A DNA stretch of 41,593 nucleotides from an uncultured Roseiflexaceae bacterium (GTDB lineage: Bacteria > Chloroflexota > Chloroflexia > Chloroflexales > Roseiflexaceae). The stretch is taken from positions 1 to 41,593 of the forward strand of contig CAIPUQ010000290.1 of the NCBI GenBank assembly GCA_903868295.1. The letters run 5' to 3'. The first letter of the stretch is position 1, and each line of letters starts with the position of its first letter. Made by a program: the position numbers and the translations under genes. The notes below the pieces were generated by a model. The model ran no database searches. It saw only the letters and a list, made by a program, of their open reading frames with translations, and was not told the DNA's origin. Shown in pieces: positions 38,266-41,593 of this stretch.

Positions 38266-38297
38266 AAACCCTCCCCACTATCGTGGGGAGGGTTTTG
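38266..38297. terminator. Bidirectional rho-independent terminator between convergent transcription units
   Basis: AAACCCTCCCCA (38266-38277) / TGGGGAGGGTTT (38284-38295), a 12-bp stem with loop CTATCG. It is T-rich on both flanks (TTTT on the plus strand, TTTACTTTTG on the minus strand). Confidence 0.75.
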
Positions 38298-38497
38298 ACA
38301 TTAAATCGGTTGTTTCGATAAACATCATTACAAGAAACACATCGCAAAAACTCCGGCCACAATCGAACGAGGTACTTTAGCGAACTCGCGTCTCATCACT
38401 AATTGAAACCTGAGCGGTTGAGTCTGTGTGATTTCGTTCGCGTACTCCACAAAACGTTCGCCGCTTGTGTATGTAAAAACCACTTTCGAACACATTG

Positions 38498-39121
38498 CTA
38501 GTTCAGGACTGTCCCGCGGGCAGCGTACTCCACCACAAAGCGCTTCATCTTGTCGCGGAAGAAGGGATTGGTGGTCACTGCATCGCAGGGGTAATTATTA
38601 CCTGCCACCCAACCATCGCGATACATGTAGCCGACACATCGTTCAGCAACGTTATTATCGGGATGGTAGGTATGCCAGAGAAAAGTCGAATTTTTGAGCA
38701 CAATGCCCTTCTCAGGTCCGCCCGTCCATCGAAAAACTCCGACCGCAGCGTAACTATTGGCCCCGATCCACGCCCCCGTGGCATCTGGCCAACGCAATCC
38801 CGACAGGTTCAAAATCGCGGTCCGCACACACCAGTCCTCTGACCCATTCGTAATGGTGGCCAGATACCCGCGCACGCCACGGAACGTCCGTTGTGAGGCC
38901 AGTATGTCGGCTTGGTTCCAGGTCACATCTTTGTAGTACGTCACAATCTCATAGCGATGGGCTACGCCGTTTGCTTGACGCCAAAAGCAACCCTTGGACG
39001 GTTCATAAGCACGGGTGCTCGCATCCGTCGCATTCGGCAACAGAACTATCGACAGCACTGCGACACAGACAAACAGGCTTGTCAGGACAACACTGCGGAT
39101 ACGACTGGTTCTATGGTTCAT
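38498..39121 (-). CDS. Secreted C-type-lectin-like domain (CTLD) protein, 207 aa
   Basis: Signal/anchor: MNHRTSRIRSVVLTSLFVCVAVLSIVLLPNATDAS. CTLD landmarks: C..W(R), TWNQA, GYLATITNGSED.., AWIGAN, FRWTGG, W....PDNN..ERCV.....GW....C, FVVEY. SD GAGAGG lies 5 nt upstream of the ATG. Confidence 0.75.
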   Translation of the reverse strand: MNHRTSRIRSVVLTSLFVCVAVLSIVLLPNATDASTRAYEPSKGCFWRQANGVAHRYEIVTYYKDVTWNQADILASQRTFRGVRGYLATITNGSEDWCVRTAILNLSGLRWPDATGAWIGANSYAAVGVFRWTGGPEKGIVLKNSTFLWHTYHPDNNVAERCVGYMYRDGWVAGNNYPCDAVTTNPFFRDKMKRFVVEYAARGTVLN

Positions 39122-39151
39122 ACTGACCTCTCTTCTGTCACCTTCATTGTA

Positions 39152-40072
39152 TCAATCACGAATCGTTGGACGATGAAAAACAGATGACAGTTGCTCTATA
39201 GCACACGGCATCGTATGATTGATTGTAGTAAAGCGTCTGAACCATGTCGACTGCCGTCGCGCAAACGCATGTGTATTGAATTTAATGCGCTGGACTGCTT
39301 CTGCCAACGTGCACTCGTCTGCCAAGTAGGGTTGTAGTTCGCGGTACCCTATGCCGGACATCGCGGGCAACGCCCACCCATAGCCTGCCGCAACAAGCGA
39401 CTGTACCTCGGCGACCAGTCCATCCGCAAGCATTGCATCCACCCGCGCATCGATCCGTTGGTAGAGTTCTTCGCTCGGCATTTGCAACCACACCACGGTC
39501 GGCTCGAACGTCAACGCTCCTTTGGTCTGGAGCGACGAAAAGGGTGTCCCCGTACCAATACACACCTCGAGTGCTCGGACAACGCGACGGACATTGGTCG
39601 TGTGGATGCTCGCCGCGGCGACGGGATCCAGCAGCGCCAATCGACGGTGGAGTGCCTCATGACCGTCACGGAGCGCATCTGCTTCGAGCTGTGCACGGAG
39701 GTCATCGTTTGGCGGCAACTCTGGTACCGTCCAGCCTTCGAGGAGCGCCGCCAAATACTGGCCCGTCCCACCTGCCACAATCGGCAATACCCCTCGTTCG
39801 ACACAACTCGATATCGCTGCTAACGCATCAGCGCGAAACATGGCAAGGCTGTACCATGCATCCGGCTTGGCGACATCAATCAAATGATGCTGAACCAACG
39901 CACGTTCTGCGACCGTGGGTTTCGCCGTACCGATGTCCATCTGCTGATAGATTTGGCGCGAATCAGCCGAGATGATTTCTCCACCGTACGCACGGGCTGC
40001 CTCGATAGCGAGGGCGCTCTTGCCCACTGCGGTTTGACCCACAATAAACAACACTTGGGGTTTGGTTGGCAT
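39152..40072 (-). CDS. miaA: tRNA dimethylallyltransferase
   Basis: P-loop VLFIVGQTAVGKSALAIE, then EIISADSRQIYQQMDIGTAKPT, HHLIDV and PIVAGGTGQYL, which are collinear with MiaA. Confidence 0.95.
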   Translation of the reverse strand: MPTKPQVLFIVGQTAVGKSALAIEAARAYGGEIISADSRQIYQQMDIGTAKPTVAERALVQHHLIDVAKPDAWYSLAMFRADALAAISSCVERGVLPIVAGGTGQYLAALLEGWTVPELPPNDDLRAQLEADALRDGHEALHRRLALLDPVAAASIHTTNVRRVVRALEVCIGTGTPFSSLQTKGALTFEPTVVWLQMPSEELYQRIDARVDAMLADGLVAEVQSLVAAGYGWALPAMSGIGYRELQPYLADECTLAEAVQRIKFNTHAFARRQSTWFRRFTTINHTMPCAIEQLSSVFHRPTIRD

Positions 40073-40120
40073 CGTCTGCTTCTTTTGAAAACGACCACCT
40101 GGCGATGGGCGTATCGACCA

Positions 40121-40357
40121 TTACACGTCTTGGTTCTGAGGCACCGACCCAGGATTCAACGATGGGCGCGCCAAAATGACGGTTACTCGACGCTCGAAAT
40201 CGCTTCGTGGCATCAGGATACGATGCTGGCACTGTTCGCACCGGACCCCGATATCTGCGCCCAGCCGTACCACACGCCACGCATTGCCGCCACAGGCGTG
40301 GGGCTTGCGTAGTTGCACGACGATATCGAGCTGTACCTCATGCATCGCTATCGGCAT
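40121..40357 (-). CDS. DUF951-family small protein (zinc-ribbon-like)
   Basis: LDIVVQLRKPHACGGNAWRVVRLGADIGVRCEQCQHRILMPRSDFERRV matches my recollection of the DUF951/YyzM consensus (KKPHPCG...W.I.R.G.DI.IKC..C.H....PR..FEK). Start is taken at ATG 40357 with GAGGAG 10 nt upstream. ATG 40345 or 40384 are possible. It overlaps the mazG 3' end. Confidence 0.7.
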   Translation of the reverse strand: MPIAMHEVQLDIVVQLRKPHACGGNAWRVVRLGADIGVRCEQCQHRILMPRSDFERRVTVILARPSLNPGSVPQNQDV

Positions 40358-41593
40358 CGCGCCACAACTCCTCGGTTTGGCCATTCAAATGTCCATCACG
40401 GGCATACAACGCATCCACGCGACGACGATATCGTGCATTAACTTCACGCAGCGCCGCCTCGGCATCGAGGTTGTGCTGGGCCGCAGAGACGGCCAGTGTA
40501 AACAACTGCACCCCAATCGTCTCGTGTGTTGCGTCAGCAGACGTTCCTGCGATGACCATGCCGTAGCGCTTCGATTTGTTGATGAGCGCACTCGTAGCGG
40601 TCAACGCGGGGAGCGCCAATGGCACACCAGCCAAGGGGCTTTTGGGGGTCGCAGTACCTGCAGATTCTGTCGCCTTGATGGCATACCAGTTTTTGAGGAC
40701 TGCCTCGCTGTCGTTGGCAGCAACATCACCAAACACATGCGGGTGGCGGCGCACAAACTTCGTGGTCACGGCAGCATAGACGTCTTCCATGGTGAATCGT
40801 CCCGCTTGCCGCGCCATCTCGGCTTGCATCAAGATATTGAGCAAAACATCGCCGAGTTCTTCGACCAAACTCCCATCGTCGGCGCGATCGAGGGCGTCGA
40901 TTGCCTCGTAGGCTTCTTCGAGCAGGGTGCGTCGCAACGACTGCGGGGTCTGTTCGTGATCCCATGGACAGCCCGCAGGGCCGAGCAAGCGCTCGATCAC
41001 ATACCCAATGCCATCGGCGGTGCGTAGATTGTCGAGCGGCTCTGCGGCAGTGATATACAAGGTGACGGGATAGTGTGTGGGTGGGTGGACCCCGCCGATG
41101 GTACCCCACTCGACCGACCCCTGACCACGTAACAGTGCACAACGGGTTTCGCTCTGGTATACCGCCCGAAGATGGAGCAGCACCGCTGCTGCAATCTGTG
41201 GTGTGTCGATGTTGCAGATCCATGCTTCGGCATGCGGCCGCACCGGGCTGGGGGTAACTCGGTGCACATACGGCGTGCTGGTATGAAACGTCGCCCAACT
41301 CGCCCGTGCATCGGGGCTCGGCACAAACGCCAAGGCATCACACCACTGGGCATTGGCCGCCGCACCATGAAAACCGAGTTCTGCGGCATACGCATCAATC
41401 GGGTGTTCCCCAGGGAGAATTCGACAGCGTTGTGGGACACGGCCAACAATCGCCGCCACCGTTGCATCGGCGATGCGGGGATGCCCCGGGACGAGGTACA
41501 GCACATCCCCCGCACATGCTTCGAGCGCATCAGCGATACGCTGTGCAGCGTCGGGCAGGGCGAGCAGATCATCAAATGCGGTATACGACGCGA
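40338..41593 (-). CDS. mazG: MazG nucleoside-triphosphate pyrophosphohydrolase fused to an N-terminal tetrapyrrole-methylase-like domain (YabN-like); 5' end beyond window
   Basis: MazG core: GCPWDHEQTPQSLRRTLLEEAYEAIDAL...ELGDVLLNILMQAEMA...KFVRRHPHVF, plus a second MazG repeat. N-terminal YLVPGHPRIAD is methylase-like. The frame stays open from 41504 (an internal GTG) to nt 41593 in my translation, so the gene is truncated by the window. Confidence 0.88.
   Translation of the reverse strand, partial: ASYTAFDDLLALPDAAQRIADALEACAGDVLYLVPGHPRIADATVAAIVGRVPQRCRILPGEHPIDAYAAELGFHGAAANAQWCDALAFVPSPDARASWATFHTSTPYVHRVTPSPVRPHAEAWICNIDTPQIAAAVLLHLRAVYQSETRCALLRGQGSVEWGTIGGVHPPTHYPVTLYITAAEPLDNLRTADGIGYVIERLLGPAGCPWDHEQTPQSLRRTLLEEAYEAIDALDRADDGSLVEELGDVLLNILMQAEMARQAGRFTMEDVYAAVTTKFVRRHPHVFGDVAANDSEAVLKNWYAIKATESAGTATPKSPLAGVPLALPALTATSALINKSKRYGMVIAGTSADATHETIGVQLFTLAVSAAQHNLDAEAALREVNARYRRRVDALYARDGHLNGQTEELWRDADSDA

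Noticed and set aside
38498-39121. The C-type-lectin-fold protein as the variable-protein target of a diversity-generating retroelement (DGR).
   Set aside because: No reverse transcriptase gene is present. I could find no template-repeat copy of the 3' end of the gene in the flanking non-coding DNA (38298..38497, 39122..39151). The domain looks like a classical CTLD, not the FGE/DGR-type variable region.

Overview
About 63% of this 41.6-kb window is two tandem same-strand giant genes. ORF A (184..19374, at least 6,396 codons) has a reading frame still open at nt 1, so its true start may lie upstream of the window. It encodes a membrane-embedded mosaic:
- thrombospondin type-3 Ca-binding repeats
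- an internal Ala/Gly-rich polytopic hydrophobic module
- about 9 LamG/ConA-like jelly rolls
- an F-type (fuco)lectin domain
- a discoidin-like domain apparently nested inside a LamG fold
- an LVIVD-like propeller
- Ig-like modules
- an orphan proprotein-convertase P-domain
- C-terminal RCC1 blades

ORF B (19386..26288, 2,300 aa) starts 11 nt after the ORF A stop, behind an AAGGAG. It has a cleavable Sec-type signal, three RCC1-type propellers (one apparently split by a 70-aa Thr/Ser/Pro linker), two LamG domains, a degenerate F-type-lectin-like domain and a roughly 160-aa Thr/Pro-rich tail. A single strong terminator (26303..26348) closes the pair. I regard this anchored-plus-secreted 'mega-lectin' pair as the best candidate for an undescribed system.

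Downstream features:
- A BMP/nucleoside-type ABC importer with a fused double ATPase and two permeases, but no binding-protein gene.
- A terminator-bounded five-gene plus-strand cluster: CNNM/CorC CBS protein, plant/cyanobacterial Pds-type desaturase, a Hanks-type pseudokinase-TM-14xWD40 protein, CrtI-type desaturase and a small lipoprotein.
- A convergent minus-strand cluster: mazG/yabN-like (runs off the window end), DUF951, miaA and a secreted C-type-lectin-like protein.

No rRNA, tRNA, CRISPR, transposase/integrase or phage genes were recognised. Thr/Pro linkers, codon usage and gene content weakly suggest a Chloroflexota-like bacterium (inference only). All domain calls are by-eye motif recognition from the translations and need HMM or structure confirmation. 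Sub-domain coordinates are approximate.
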